Source: a virus
Lineage: Duplodnaviria > Caudoviricetes
DNA: 64,000 nucleotides
Strand: one strand, 5' to 3'
Virus record (IMG/VR): IMGVR_UViG_3300021426_000086
Location: 1 to 64,000 of that record
Below are positions 1 through 10,369 of the stretch, in pieces (the stretch's first letter is position 1; each line of letters opens with the position of its first letter). Made by a program: the position numbers and the translations under genes. Below the pieces are notes generated by a model that did not search any database, had not been told where the DNA came from, and worked only from the letters and a program-made list of their open reading frames with translations.

Positions 1-1113
1 CCTACAGAGAATTGAGCCATTCTCCTTGCGCGTCTCTCGCACAATTCTCTGTAGGTCAGTGAGGGGAGCTTGCGGATCGAGCGCAGGCAGTGCATCAATT
101 TTTTGTTCATCGAGCGTGGTAGCCACACCCGACACTTGGTCGTACCAGCGGTTTGATACATATACATAGTTTATACGTCCGTTATCGTCTTTACGTTCCA
201 GTCGGCAGGTGTGTGCGCTGCGGTAGCGCAAGCCGGTAATCTTAGGAGTCCACATGTTAGTGGGAGCGTTTTTGCCATCGGCATCAATGGTGCGCTTGTT
301 AAGCGTAATCTCGGGAAAGCAGATGTTCTGGTCCTGCATGTCCTCGATGAGCTGCAGATAGGTGAGGTGCAGATTGTTGCGGCGCAGCAGTTTCTGAATC
401 TCCTCGTTACTCTGCTCCCACTTAGCGAACTCCTTTTCCAGTTGGTCAATCTGTGACTGCAAATCCTGATGCAACTGACGGGCGGCGTTAGGTTCTTCAA
501 CCAAATCGCCAGCGGGGGTTACTACCGAAATGCTTGGACTACTCAGCAGGTCGGGATTATCCTGTTCCAACTTGATAAGCTGCTGCTTCAGGTCGCGAAT
601 CCAGCCTTTGATGAGCACACCAGCATCTTTAAAGGCGATGCGCTTCTCGGTGATATTGCCACCCACATACTGTGTATAGGCATAAACGGCACGCGGGCCG
701 CGACCCTCGCACAAATCTACGTTGAACTTATGCGCCGAGGCGGTATAGGGGCTGGCCTCGCGCAACAGCGTTACAAAGTTAGGATTGCGATTGGTTACGC
801 CCCAACTCATGTAGCCTAAGCCCTTGGTGCCGCAGTTATCGCAGGGCACCTCGCCACCACTTGATAAGTGCAGCGTGGGGTAGCCACGGCCAGGCTTGCT
901 GCCGGGCTCCTTACACATTAGCTGTGCATGTATATACTCCTCCCACCGATGGTCGGGGCCATCGCTGCCTTTGCCATGCCGACCAAAGTCGTTGGGCATA
1001 GGCGCGGGAGTAAAGCCTTGCTTAACAAGGCGGTCGGTTTCGCGGCGGAGCGCGTCGGCGCCGCTTACCGTTACCACATTGGGATGCTGAGCTTTCTTCT
1101 TAACGTTTGCCAT
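1..1113 (-). CDS. Probable portal protein, truncated at the window edge
   Basis: Hand translation from ATG at 1113 (MANVKKKAQHP...GTKGLGYMSWGVTNRNPNFV...) found no stop down to ~300; open to the edge is inferred because the ORF track does not close it. Lies directly downstream of terL. Confidence 0.55.
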   Translation of the reverse strand, partial: MANVKKKAQHPNVVTVSGADALRRETDRLVKQGFTPAPMPNDFGRHGKGSDGPDHRWEEYIHAQLMCKEPGSKPGRGYPTLHLSSGGEVPCDNCGTKGLGYMSWGVTNRNPNFVTLLREASPYTASAHKFNVDLCEGRGPRAVYAYTQYVGGNITEKRIAFKDAGVLIKGWIRDLKQQLIKLEQDNPDLLSSPSISVVTPAGDLVEEPNAARQLHQDLQSQIDQLEKEFAKWEQSNEEIQKLLRRNNLHLTYLQLIEDMQDQNICFPEITLNKRTIDADGKNAPTNMWTPKITGLRYRSAHTCRLERKDDNGRINYVYVSNRWYDQVSGVATTLDEQKIDALPALDPQAPLTDLQRIVRETRKENGSILCR

Positions 1114-1181
1114 AATCTGTATTTCGTGTTGAATTTATTACTGATGCAAAGATAGGAAACATGCAGCGAACATAACTGACA

Positions 1182-3170
1182 TCACCCGCCATTAGGCATC
1201 ACCAGGAAGCCCATGCCCGAGCGGAAATGCTTAACGCCAATATACAGCTCGTCGAAGGCATCGGTACCATCTGTACGCAGCTCCTCGGGGGTAGCATCTT
1301 CGGCATCTACGCTGATTTTCTCGCCTGATTTATCCTTGCGGAAGCCTTGGTAGCCCACCTGCACATCGCACTGTTCGATGGCGCCCAGCAGGGCCTCATT
1401 GTTCTGCGCATTAAAGCGGATGGCGGGCCACGAATAGCCTGCAAAGGCCGAATTGATGTCCTGATACTTCTGCTCGTGATGGGGGGCTTGGCCTTCGTCA
1501 ATCTGTCGAACCATCCAGCCGCGCTTCTGCAGTTCGTCGGTCACTACATCCTTAATATCCATCATTGAAATGCCGTGCAGCTTGAACTTGGCGGTGTGGC
1601 TGTAGTAATAGTTCACGTTGGGGTTCTTCTTTTTGTGCGGGGTGTAGTAGCGGTCGAACTCGCGTATCAGGTCCTGAATCATCATGCCGTTCTTAACAAA
1701 CATCGAGTTGATGACGCTCAGTGTTTCAACACCGCCCACCTTATACATCTGACCTACGCACACCCAGTTAATCAGGTTGTTGTAGTCGAGGGCGATTTCG
1801 AGTGGCAGCGAGTCAATCAGATCGCCATCAAGCGTGCAATCCTTAACACCCGACAGATAATCGAAGTCGGGACTCTCGTACTCGGTCTTATAGGCCGTGC
1901 CGCCCACCAGCTGCTTGCCCTCGTGGATGGTGACGCTCTTGTCGATAGCGGGGCAGTCGTCGTCAATATAAGTATGTCGCTCGGGGTCGAAGTTGCAGTA
2001 GAATCCTTCGCCCGATTTCTTGGGTTTGATGTTTAGGATAGAGATGGCGAAAACCAACGGTGGCAGGTCGCGCTTCATGCGGCGAATATAATCCTCGCCA
2101 AGAATGTCGATATTATCGAGGCTCGATGCACGCACAAAGTAGAAAGCATTGCGGCGCAGGGCGTCGATGTGCTGGCGGTACTTCTTACTGCCTCGGATGG
2201 CCATCATCTCGAAGTGCTCATCTTGCGATATCAGATAGCGGTAATCAAACAGCAGGTCGGCATCTTCCTCGGCTATCAGCTTGTATGATAGCAGCATGCC
2301 GATGCAGCCTTTGGTATCTACCTGATACTGGCGGGGGATAATCTTGTATTGGCCATCGCGGGCGGCTATGGCATCGGCCAGGGTGTGTATGCGCTCCTTG
2401 GTGGTGGCAGATACTACCTGCACGCGGTGGCCAGTGCGCTTGGCCGAGCGCAGCAGCTCGTTGAAGTACATCACGCGGTCGGCATACTGCTCCAGTTCGG
2501 TCTGTACCTCGCGGTAGGTGCGGCCTTGCATCTCGCCATGGTCAATCTCGTTGTCGAGTATGTCCTCCTCCTTACCCAGCCAGTTTCCCTTGCTCGATAA
2601 GCTGGCATCGCTCACAAAGCAGGTGCTCTTGTAGTAGGGGTTATCCTCGGTAAAGCGCTTATCGCCCAGCGGATGCACGATACCGCTCACGGCGGGCATC
2701 ACCTCCTCGTCTATCTTCTTCTTGGGCAGGAACTTGCACTCGTCGCCAAACACCTCGTTAAGTGTCATACCGTTGGCCGAGCCCATGGTGGCCAGTGATA
2801 GCGAGTGAATCAGGTGGCCATTAGCAAACCACATGGCGTTCTCGTAACTCTTTGGACGGATGATGCAGGCGGGCGTGCCTTTGGGCGGTTTGCCCCAGCC
2901 AAAGTGTATGCCCTCCTTAAAGCCGTAGAATCGCTCTATGGCGGCGATGACACCAGGAATGGTGCGCGAGAACAGCTGCTTGCGCGATGCGCCAAGGAAT
3001 GCGCCTGCACCCTGCGGCATACTGTCGGCCACAGCCCAGATGCGCGGACCAAGCACGCCGTCGGTCTTACCAAAGCGTCGGGCTGCCACCACGCGCACAT
3101 CGCGAGCACCAGCGTAGAATATGCGCTGCTGCACGGGGTTCATATATACATCGCGAGTTTCTTGTGCCAT
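1182..3170 (-). CDS. terL: Terminase large subunit
   Basis: 662 aa; N-terminal Walker A-like VAARRFGKT, Walker B-like VFGDE, C-terminal RNase H-like nuclease acidic motifs (IALDYN, DGTDAFD). Confidence 0.85.
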   Translation of the reverse strand: MAQETRDVYMNPVQQRIFYAGARDVRVVAARRFGKTDGVLGPRIWAVADSMPQGAGAFLGASRKQLFSRTIPGVIAAIERFYGFKEGIHFGWGKPPKGTPACIIRPKSYENAMWFANGHLIHSLSLATMGSANGMTLNEVFGDECKFLPKKKIDEEVMPAVSGIVHPLGDKRFTEDNPYYKSTCFVSDASLSSKGNWLGKEEDILDNEIDHGEMQGRTYREVQTELEQYADRVMYFNELLRSAKRTGHRVQVVSATTKERIHTLADAIAARDGQYKIIPRQYQVDTKGCIGMLLSYKLIAEEDADLLFDYRYLISQDEHFEMMAIRGSKKYRQHIDALRRNAFYFVRASSLDNIDILGEDYIRRMKRDLPPLVFAISILNIKPKKSGEGFYCNFDPERHTYIDDDCPAIDKSVTIHEGKQLVGGTAYKTEYESPDFDYLSGVKDCTLDGDLIDSLPLEIALDYNNLINWVCVGQMYKVGGVETLSVINSMFVKNGMMIQDLIREFDRYYTPHKKKNPNVNYYYSHTAKFKLHGISMMDIKDVVTDELQKRGWMVRQIDEGQAPHHEQKYQDINSAFAGYSWPAIRFNAQNNEALLGAIEQCDVQVGYQGFRKDKSGEKISVDAEDATPEELRTDGTDAFDELYIGVKHFRSGMGFLVMPNGG

Positions 3171-3174
3171 CGTA

Positions 3175-3531
3175 TCATGCTTTTCGTATCACGAACAGAC
3201 ATGGTTTGCCGGTGATGCTGACACGCATACGGAAACCTGCCAGTTTAAGATCTTCGATATAGAGTTTGAGTGGGTCGCCCAGTCCGCACACGTATGCCTT
3301 GAAGTACTGGCGCAGGCGGGCATCGTCGAACACTTCGACATACTCGCTGCGGTCGTCCATCGTTTCGGGCGCTGGGGTGTAGGTGTTCTGAAAGGCCGTC
3401 ACCTTCTCCTCAATCACAAAGTCGCGCAGATAAACCTGGAACTGCTTATCGTCGCCAGTGGGTATCTCTGTAGCGTCGGGCGCATCGTCCCAATCGTCCC
3501 AGTCCTGATTTTTTTTCTTTCGCTTTACCAT
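3175..3531 (-). CDS. Hypothetical protein
   Basis: 118 aa ORF packed in the operon, GGCGAT-ATG start context. Confidence 0.6.
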   Translation of the reverse strand: MVKRKKKNQDWDDWDDAPDATEIPTGDDKQFQVYLRDFVIEEKVTAFQNTYTPAPETMDDRSEYVEVFDDARLRQYFKAYVCGLGDPLKLYIEDLKLAGFRMRVSITGKPCLFVIRKA

Positions 3532-3537
3532 ATCGCC

Positions 3538-4263
3538 TTATTCCTCGTTCTCCTCAAACACATCGTGCTCTTCTTCGGGCTCTTGCCATACGCCGTTGAT
3601 TTCCTCCATCTGCACGGCCATCTCCTTATCAGTAAGGCCATACTTCTTGCGCAGGGCTTCGCGCTCCTCGGGGCTCAGACTCTCGCGACCCTCTTTCACC
3701 ACGCCCACATCGCCGGTGATGTTGATGTTGGTGTTGGGCATCTGCTCCTGCGGATCATCGTCGTCCTTAAAGTCGTTGTGCAGTTTAAACAGCTCTTGGT
3801 TGGCCTCTTTCACAGCCTGCCAGGTGCCCGTCTGTCGGCCATACTCACTCAGCCACTCTACGTTAGCTTCTACCATCGCCTGATGGATGTGCTTTTTGCT
3901 GGTGTTGAGTCGGGCTAACAGCTGATTAACCAGCCAGATATCGTTGGCAATATTAGTTTCGGAGCGCAACGATACGGCACCCGACTGCTCATCGCGGCGC
4001 ACACCCAGGGCGGCGGCCATGGCTATGCTGGCCTCGTTGCCACGGTCGGCACAATCCATGAGCGTGGCATACTCGCGGGCAGCAATATTCTTAACGATTG
4101 TGCGGATGGGCGTGGCAGGATTGTTCATAAACACGTGGTAGCAATCCAGGCACAACTTGGCACGGAACTTCTGCTCAAGTGTCATGTTCATCTTCTCGAT
4201 GGGCACCCCGCCATAAGTCCACCGCATCACCTTATCTACATAACCTTGTGATAGCTGGCTCAT
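3538..4263 (-). CDS. Hypothetical protein, candidate terminase small subunit
   Basis: 241 aa helical protein two genes upstream of terL; function is a positional guess. Confidence 0.35.
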   Translation of the reverse strand: MSQLSQGYVDKVMRWTYGGVPIEKMNMTLEQKFRAKLCLDCYHVFMNNPATPIRTIVKNIAAREYATLMDCADRGNEASIAMAAALGVRRDEQSGAVSLRSETNIANDIWLVNQLLARLNTSKKHIHQAMVEANVEWLSEYGRQTGTWQAVKEANQELFKLHNDFKDDDDPQEQMPNTNINITGDVGVVKEGRESLSPEEREALRKKYGLTDKEMAVQMEEINGVWQEPEEEHDVFEENEE

Positions 4264-5624
4264 TTCTTCTTATCCTTTTTAGTTTTACCTGCAGATTTAT
4301 CGGATTTAGCCTTTTTAGGTTTCTCTTCCTTCTTAAAGTTGGTCTCGTAGTCGGCGATGGCTACGTCAACTATCGGGCGATACACTTTGGCTTCGTCCTC
4401 ACCTAAAAGCTCAATCAGTCGCTGATAGCGCTTTTCCATCGTATTGATGCGAGCCTTTACATTTGGCTTATCCTTACGTTTTAGGTAGCGCAGAATATCG
4501 GTTACTTCCTGCTTCTTTTCCTCCTCAGCCTTCATCTTAGCAGCGTACTCAGGCGAATCCTGCTCAATCATGGTACGGATGCGGAGATCGAACTCAGGCG
4601 AGCGCAGTTTGTCGTAATAAGGGCGGGTAATGTGGGCTATCTGCACCAGATCTACGCCCTTGAAGCGCTTGCAGAACTTCTCCTTATAAGGTTCGTCCAT
4701 CTGCAGACGGGCAAAGACAATGGCCAACTCTTCATCTACAGCGGCGTAGGTGGCCTCGTAAGCCTTCAGCGCCTCTTCGGCCTTCTTGGTCCATGCGGCT
4801 ATCTCATCGGGATTACCACCGTGCTCGGCCAATACCTTGGCGGTTTGCGAGGCATCGCCAAAGGCGGTGCGCTGGTCGCGCACCTTAGCTATGCGCTCCT
4901 GCAGTTCCTTAGAGCAAAGCCAGGCCAACTCGTTTAAGTGCAATCGGTCGTTGTCGATGCGCTCAGCGTAGATTTCGCTCATACTGGGATTGCGCAATGG
5001 GGCAGCCTCGTGTGATGGCTGCTGGGTGGCGGGTGTTGGTGGAGTGTCGGTTTCGGGTTTGTTGCTGTCATCCGCAGCACCAGCATCGGGTTTAGCAAAC
5101 AACGATGGATGTATGCGCTCCTCAGCTGCTTTCTTGGCGGCTTTTTCGGCGGCAAGCTCGGCATTGTTCTTTTCGCGGACGGGCTCGCCGTTTACTATCG
5201 CTAAGCCTAACAGCTTGGCCACGGCGCGGCGGCGACGGGTTTCAGGCGTGTCCTCGGGCACTACCTGCACCTCGCCACGCAAGCGGGCAGCGGCTTCCTC
5301 GCGGGTGGGACGGCCACGGCGGCGCAAGGGCACGCCTGGGGCTACCACGGCTATCGGACGCCCGTTGGCATCGGTCTGCACCAGTCCATCGGCCAGCGCA
5401 TCCTTTATCTTATCAATATACACGGGTAGGCGCTTAACGCGCTGCATGTAGTCGCCATACTTGATGGCATCGCCGCAGAATCGCTCGGCAAAAGGCCACA
5501 CACTTAGTAACTGAAACAGCTGCTGTACCTCACTCGGTTCGCTCGGAATAGGGTTGCTTAATCGGGCAAACTCATCAATCCACTGTGCCTGCTCACCAGG
5601 CGTCATCTCATTGTAATGTTTCAT
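4260..5624 (-). CDS. Hypothetical protein
   Basis: 454 aa ORF with TATCTTTG promoter box at 5656-5663; RRRGRP AT-hook-like patch; Lys-rich tail. Confidence 0.6.
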   Translation of the reverse strand: MKHYNEMTPGEQAQWIDEFARLSNPIPSEPSEVQQLFQLLSVWPFAERFCGDAIKYGDYMQRVKRLPVYIDKIKDALADGLVQTDANGRPIAVVAPGVPLRRRGRPTREEAAARLRGEVQVVPEDTPETRRRRAVAKLLGLAIVNGEPVREKNNAELAAEKAAKKAAEERIHPSLFAKPDAGAADDSNKPETDTPPTPATQQPSHEAAPLRNPSMSEIYAERIDNDRLHLNELAWLCSKELQERIAKVRDQRTAFGDASQTAKVLAEHGGNPDEIAAWTKKAEEALKAYEATYAAVDEELAIVFARLQMDEPYKEKFCKRFKGVDLVQIAHITRPYYDKLRSPEFDLRIRTMIEQDSPEYAAKMKAEEEKKQEVTDILRYLKRKDKPNVKARINTMEKRYQRLIELLGEDEAKVYRPIVDVAIADYETNFKKEEKPKKAKSDKSAGKTKKDKKK

Positions 5625-5817
5625 ATCGCCATAGATATTTAATTGATTTACACCGCAAAGATAGGCAAAGCGCAGCGAAAGTAACGGACATAAAAAACCG
5701 CCTATCTATCACAGACAAGCGGTAACGTAACCAATAATAAACTAATAGACCTAAACTATTAATACTACTAACCTAAAACATAAACTGTTGAAAATATTAC
5801 TATTGCGCATGTCACGT

Positions 5818-6144
5818 TTAAGAATTATCGGGTTGCTCGGCTTCCATATCGCAATTATTCACTGCACGGGGCTCTTGCGGCTCCAGGCCCTTTTGCACTG
5901 GCTCGCCATCTCTGCCATAAGTCTGGGTAAACTTGCAGGCGAATACGATGCCTGCGCCACCACCTATCAGATAACGCTCGATAAATATCCACCATTCGTC
6001 TGGCTGGATATTAAACTGTGCCATCGCCTCGTGTGCGGCAATAGCAGTGCCGCTCATCAGGCCGCCTATCCACATAAGCCGCTTAAAGAACACGGGCATG
6101 TGGTTGCGCCAGCGATTGTGTATGGTTTGCCAGAACTTACGCAT
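5818..6144 (-). CDS. Small membrane protein, holin-like
   Basis: Two hydrophobic segments (LMWIGGLMSGTAIAA; YLIGGGAGIVFAC) and a polar C-terminus. Confidence 0.4.
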   Translation of the reverse strand: MRKFWQTIHNRWRNHMPVFFKRLMWIGGLMSGTAIAAHEAMAQFNIQPDEWWIFIERYLIGGGAGIVFACKFTQTYGRDGEPVQKGLEPQEPRAVNNCDMEAEQPDNS

Positions 6145-6149
6145 ATATT

Positions 6150-6470
6150 TTATTGTCGGTTTACTTTCACACCTGGGTCGGAAATAAGTATCAGGTTTGA
6201 TAAGCCTTTTACCTCGGATAAGAGTCCTTGGATGTCGGTGCGAACACCGCCCATTTGCTCAATCATCTTCTTTTCGAGCGAGTTAATCTTTTCCAAAAAT
6301 CCATCTTGTTTAATAGAGTGGCTGTCGATGCGCTTCTGCTGACTCTCGACAGTACGTTCGAGAATAGCCACACGGGTGCGCAGGTTATGCACCCAACCAA
6401 TCAGTCCTGCAATGCCAGCAATGAGTGCAGGCAGCAGATATGGCCAAATATCATTCATCAAGTTGTTCAT
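6150..6470 (-). CDS. Membrane-anchored coiled-coil protein, holin/antiholin-like
   Basis: N-terminal TM helix (YLLPALIAGIAGLIGW) followed by a heptad-rich region. Confidence 0.4.
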   Translation of the reverse strand: MNNLMNDIWPYLLPALIAGIAGLIGWVHNLRTRVAILERTVESQQKRIDSHSIKQDGFLEKINSLEKKMIEQMGGVRTDIQGLLSEVKGLSNLILISDPGVKVNRQ

Positions 6471-6577
6471 TGCTTGACAGTATTTAATCTTTAGGTTCTA
6501 TAAAAATGGCGGCCCCGAGAAATTTTAGCCCGAGGCCGCCGGGAGAATATTAACCTTTTTAACTGGAGGGCGCAAAA

Positions 6578-7135
6578 CTACTCAGTTGGTGCGGGACCTA
6601 CCAATGTGTCGAAACCACCCTCGGGAACGGTTACGAACAGGTTGGGGTACTTAACTGGGCCAAGGGTAAGATTGACCGTAGTGATACGATCGTCGCCTGC
6701 AGCAGCGCCAGTGTCTGATGTCAGACCGCCGCTCTCAATGCGAATCTTCTTGTTGGCGTCGTACAAAATCTGAGCCTCGTCGCCGTCAGGCAGGATAACA
6801 AAAATATCCAAGTTGTTCAAGGCGCGAGCCAACTTGGCAATATCCTTATTCACTGCGTCGAACACCAGTGTAGCCACCAGGTTGAAACCTTTGCGCTTGC
6901 CCTGACTTTCGCCGGCAATCTTCTGACTCTCGGCCTTCAGCTCAACCTTAACCAGGCGTTTTGCATCGTCGGCAAAGTCGGTAGCTGCCAGGCTGTAAGT
7001 ATCGTCGGTAGCGGTAAGAGCCTTCTTGAGCTCAGAACGCAGACCAATATATGCGACCTCACCCAGGCCGGCGATGTTTTCCAAACAATCGTCGCTTGCC
7101 AGGTAGTTGGCCAATGCTGGACATGTCTGTGCCAT
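6578..7135 (-). CDS. Probable major tail (tube) protein
   Basis: 185 aa beta-rich protein immediately after the capsid gene; resembles Bacteroidales phage tube proteins. Confidence 0.5.
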   Translation of the reverse strand: MAQTCPALANYLASDDCLENIAGLGEVAYIGLRSELKKALTATDDTYSLAATDFADDAKRLVKVELKAESQKIAGESQGKRKGFNLVATLVFDAVNKDIAKLARALNNLDIFVILPDGDEAQILYDANKKIRIESGGLTSDTGAAAGDDRITTVNLTLGPVKYPNLFVTVPEGGFDTLVGPAPTE

Positions 7136-7251
7136 AATATATAACTTTTTTTAGTTTAACTTTTGATGAATTTAAGCGAAGGGGAGGGCTCAGCACAGCG
7201 GGCGATATGGCGCCGGGAGCCCTTACCCCCTTTATCGTGAGTGGCCGATTA

Positions 7252-8493
7252 CTACTCGAAGATAGCTACGATACCCTCTGGGCCTTCGCCCTTAACAACT
7301 GTGATCTGAGCGGTGGTTGCACCATTGCTCCAGTTCTTGAAGGTAGCGCCTGTCTTAGCGGCAGCAGTCAGAGTCAGAGTTGTACCCTTAGCATACTCGC
7401 CGTCAACAGCTGCTGGGCTGATGGTTACAGTACCCTTCTCAGGATCGTTAGGAACGGCTGTGTAGCTATCCTTCTTGTAGTCGCCCTGCCAGATGCAATC
7501 CTCGATTACACCACCGTTGGTTACGAAGTGGCTTGGGAGGATGTTGAGCACGCGAGTACCATAGATACCCTGAATCTGGAAGATGATATCCTTGATATCC
7601 TCGTCAGAACCGTGCTGGATGCCTACGAAGCTCTCGTCGCCCTCAGAGTTAACACCGAACTCGAAGTTGCCAGGAGTTGTGGCTACCATACGGGTACCCT
7701 TACCGAAGTCGTCAGAAGGTACGAATGTTACCTTTGGATACTCGGGCACCTTGAAGTTGCCGTTAGCATCGGGCAGATATGTAACCTCCTTCAGGCTGCG
7801 GTGGTGCTGGCCGTAGGCGTTGGCAATGGCGTGACCGTTAGCGATACTCATGTAGCAGAGTACCTGTACGCGCTTCAGAGCGGGGCTCCACTGGTCGTAC
7901 CAAGCTACCCAAGCCTTCCAAGCTGCATCGTCGCCCTCAGTCTGAGGATCGTCGATAACGTCGCAAGGAATCAGGTTGCCACGAGCCTGGCTGATGTCGC
8001 CGTTCTCGATGTCCTTGTTGATGTTGGTGTGAATACCATCGTAGAGAGAAAGCTCAGCTACGTTCGAGTTCTCGTCGCCGAAGAACAGGTTGGCGTACAC
8101 ATCCTCAGAGAATGTCATGCCGATGGCATTGATCATCTCCTCAGTGAGAGGATAGTGGAACTTGGCGCCGCCCTCGATAGCGATAGGCTTCTCTTGGAAC
8201 TCATCTTCGTTGTGACGATAACGGTTCCAAACGATGCGAGCGGTCATAACGCGCTCGGTGAGATAACCGATCTTGCTCTCGATAGGTGTGCCTACCACCT
8301 TGCGGCGGCTGGTTCCACCCTTGCGGTTAAGAACCATAGCGGTGTTCTTGAACTGCACGCCAGTGATGATCTTGAAACCAAGGCGCTTCAGTTCGTCCTT
8401 ACTAAAGTAAGCAGGACCCATTACGATGTTGGGCTGCAACTGGTCTGCAACGTGTTTTACGTTGTCGATACCGATGAAATTTGGTGCTGCCAT
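7252..8493 (-). CDS. Major capsid protein with a C-terminal Ig-like/B-repeat extension
   Basis: 413 aa, follows the protease/scaffold gene; last ~70 aa (GTVT...Y.KGTTLTLTA.AKTGATFKNWS.G) match the InlB B-repeat-like pattern. Confidence 0.6.
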   Translation of the reverse strand: MAAPNFIGIDNVKHVADQLQPNIVMGPAYFSKDELKRLGFKIITGVQFKNTAMVLNRKGGTSRRKVVGTPIESKIGYLTERVMTARIVWNRYRHNEDEFQEKPIAIEGGAKFHYPLTEEMINAIGMTFSEDVYANLFFGDENSNVAELSLYDGIHTNINKDIENGDISQARGNLIPCDVIDDPQTEGDDAAWKAWVAWYDQWSPALKRVQVLCYMSIANGHAIANAYGQHHRSLKEVTYLPDANGNFKVPEYPKVTFVPSDDFGKGTRMVATTPGNFEFGVNSEGDESFVGIQHGSDEDIKDIIFQIQGIYGTRVLNILPSHFVTNGGVIEDCIWQGDYKKDSYTAVPNDPEKGTVTISPAAVDGEYAKGTTLTLTAAAKTGATFKNWSNGATTAQITVVKGEGPEGIVAIFE

Positions 8494-8580
8494 AATCTCT
8501 GTTTATTTTTTGTGTTAATACTAAAATGTTATTTATAATAAATATTTTTGTGTTGGTTGAGGGCTGCCTTGTGAGTGGGC

Positions 8581-10170
8581 TTAAAGTCCGTGCTCCTTGT
8601 TCCAGCGCTCCTCGGCCTCGCAGTTCTGCTCGTAGGTGAGCTCGTTGTTGTAAACGTAGCGGTTAACAACTACCTGTGGGGCATCGGCACCTGCGCCGTT
8701 GTTCTTAGGACTTGCACCTGCCTGTGGGGCTGCGCCTGGCTCGGCCTGCAACTCCTCTACCTGAGCGTTCAGGTCGGCGATGGTCTGATCCTTCTCAGCC
8801 AGCTGTCCCTCGGCAGTAGTCAGGCTCTCCTTAGCACCAGCAAGCTCGGTGGTAAGCTGCTCAATCTTAGTGACCTGCTCCTCGTTCTTGGCGGTAAGGT
8901 TAGTTACCTGCTCGTTCAGGTCGGCGTTAGCCTGCTGTGCAGCGGCCAGTTCGTCGCCCTTAGTAGTAAGCTGCTCGTTCAGCTGGTCGATGGCCTGCTG
9001 ATGCTCAGCATTCAGATTCTCGATAGCAGTAGCGTGATCGGCCTTCAGGCTGTCAACCAGCGCCAGAGCGTCTGCCTTCTCCTTCTGTGCGGTTTCGATA
9101 GCCGCATTCAGGTTGGCCAGCAGTTCCTCGTTCATAAAGGCGCCGCCTTCCTGCATCTGCATCTCCTCAACCTGGAGGGCTGCAAATAATGATGGGTACT
9201 TCTCTTTCATGTTGATACTATTGTTATTTGGGTTTAACATATTCTTAGCGTTGCGGGCGCTCTGCAGTCCGTTCTTGATACCACGGTCGATAACTACGTC
9301 GAACACCTCGCCCAGACTCTTCTGGTCGTCCATCAGGATGCCCTTAACCTCGGCAGCGTCGAACACCTTACCATGCAGGTGCTCATCGGTAGCCTTGGGG
9401 CAGGCACGCTTCACGTCGGCACGGAACTCCACACCCAGCTTAGCCAGTTCGGCCACAAGCAGGTCGGTCTTACCGTCGTTGGCAATATCGCGAAACTCCT
9501 TATTCTTGTCGAAGCTCTCGGGGTCGTACAGCTCGTGATAAGTCTCGTTACTGAAGGTGCAGGTGCTACCATCCTTTTCGGTATAGAAGGCTGCCATCAC
9601 ACCAATGCAACCAATCTCATCTTTAGGGTGCATGTAGTAACGCTGATCGCAGAGTGCTGCCAGATACATACCTGCGCTGCAGCACATACCATCTACAAAG
9701 GCTACTACGGGCTGATTCTTAGCACGGGCGTAGTCGATGGCCTGCTGATAGTCGTTCTTAGCCCAAGCGCTGCCACCAGGGGTGTTGATATGGAAGATAT
9801 GGCCTACGCAGTTAGCGTTGTCGGCTGCGCTCATCATCATGTCGCGATGCTCTACGCTGCCGTAGCTGCAAGCACCACCGTTGCGGGTGATGGGACCATC
9901 TACAAACATTACATTAATAAATGGATCGTCCTTGTTGTCGTTCCACGAGCGGATGATACGACCATCCTTAGCCGAATAGCGCTCTTCCTTGATGCGTGTC
10001 TCAACACCCTCGCGTGTGAATACGATACGGCATCCCATCTCGTGCTCACGCTCCTCGGTGATGTCGATGTGGTTGTTCAGGTTGTTCTGAATCACCGGCA
10101 TCATGCTGTGGACGTATTCTGGGCGAATCATCCAATGCTTATTGGTAATTAATTCCAAAAGTCCATTCAT
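8581..10170 (-). CDS. S49 (SppA-like) prohead protease fused to a coiled-coil scaffold
   Basis: INTPGGS, VDGMCCSAGMYLA and GCIGV motifs; C-terminal ~170 aa A/Q/E/L coiled coil. Confidence 0.85.
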   Translation of the reverse strand: MNGLLELITNKHWMIRPEYVHSMMPVIQNNLNNHIDITEEREHEMGCRIVFTREGVETRIKEERYSAKDGRIIRSWNDNKDDPFINVMFVDGPITRNGGACSYGSVEHRDMMMSAADNANCVGHIFHINTPGGSAWAKNDYQQAIDYARAKNQPVVAFVDGMCCSAGMYLAALCDQRYYMHPKDEIGCIGVMAAFYTEKDGSTCTFSNETYHELYDPESFDKNKEFRDIANDGKTDLLVAELAKLGVEFRADVKRACPKATDEHLHGKVFDAAEVKGILMDDQKSLGEVFDVVIDRGIKNGLQSARNAKNMLNPNNNSINMKEKYPSLFAALQVEEMQMQEGGAFMNEELLANLNAAIETAQKEKADALALVDSLKADHATAIENLNAEHQQAIDQLNEQLTTKGDELAAAQQANADLNEQVTNLTAKNEEQVTKIEQLTTELAGAKESLTTAEGQLAEKDQTIADLNAQVEELQAEPGAAPQAGASPKNNGAGADAPQVVVNRYVYNNELTYEQNCEAEERWNKEHGL

Positions 10171-10280
10171 ATCTGTGTCGAATTAAAATTTGATTTCTGG
10201 TGGCAAAGGTACGTACCTTTATATATATGGGGCGGACATGATTAAGCGGGTTTTGGCAAATTTAGGGCAAAATTGGGGGT

Positions 10281-10316
10281 AAAAAAAAAGGCAGCGGTTC
10301 ATCGCGAACGGCTGCC
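10281..10316 (-). terminator. Intrinsic terminator
   Basis: GGCAGC...GCTGCC stem followed by minus-strand T9. Confidence 0.65.
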
Positions 10317-10369
10317 CTCAAAACTTCACTTTGTTTAGTTAACGGAAAAAATTATATTCAAAGAAAGAT

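Noticed and set aside
7207-9189. Long plus-strand ORFs (7207-8538, 8575-9189; likewise 24599-25792, 47107-48243, 54621-56279)
   Set aside because: They are antisense shadows of well-supported minus-strand genes and have no recognisable motifs.
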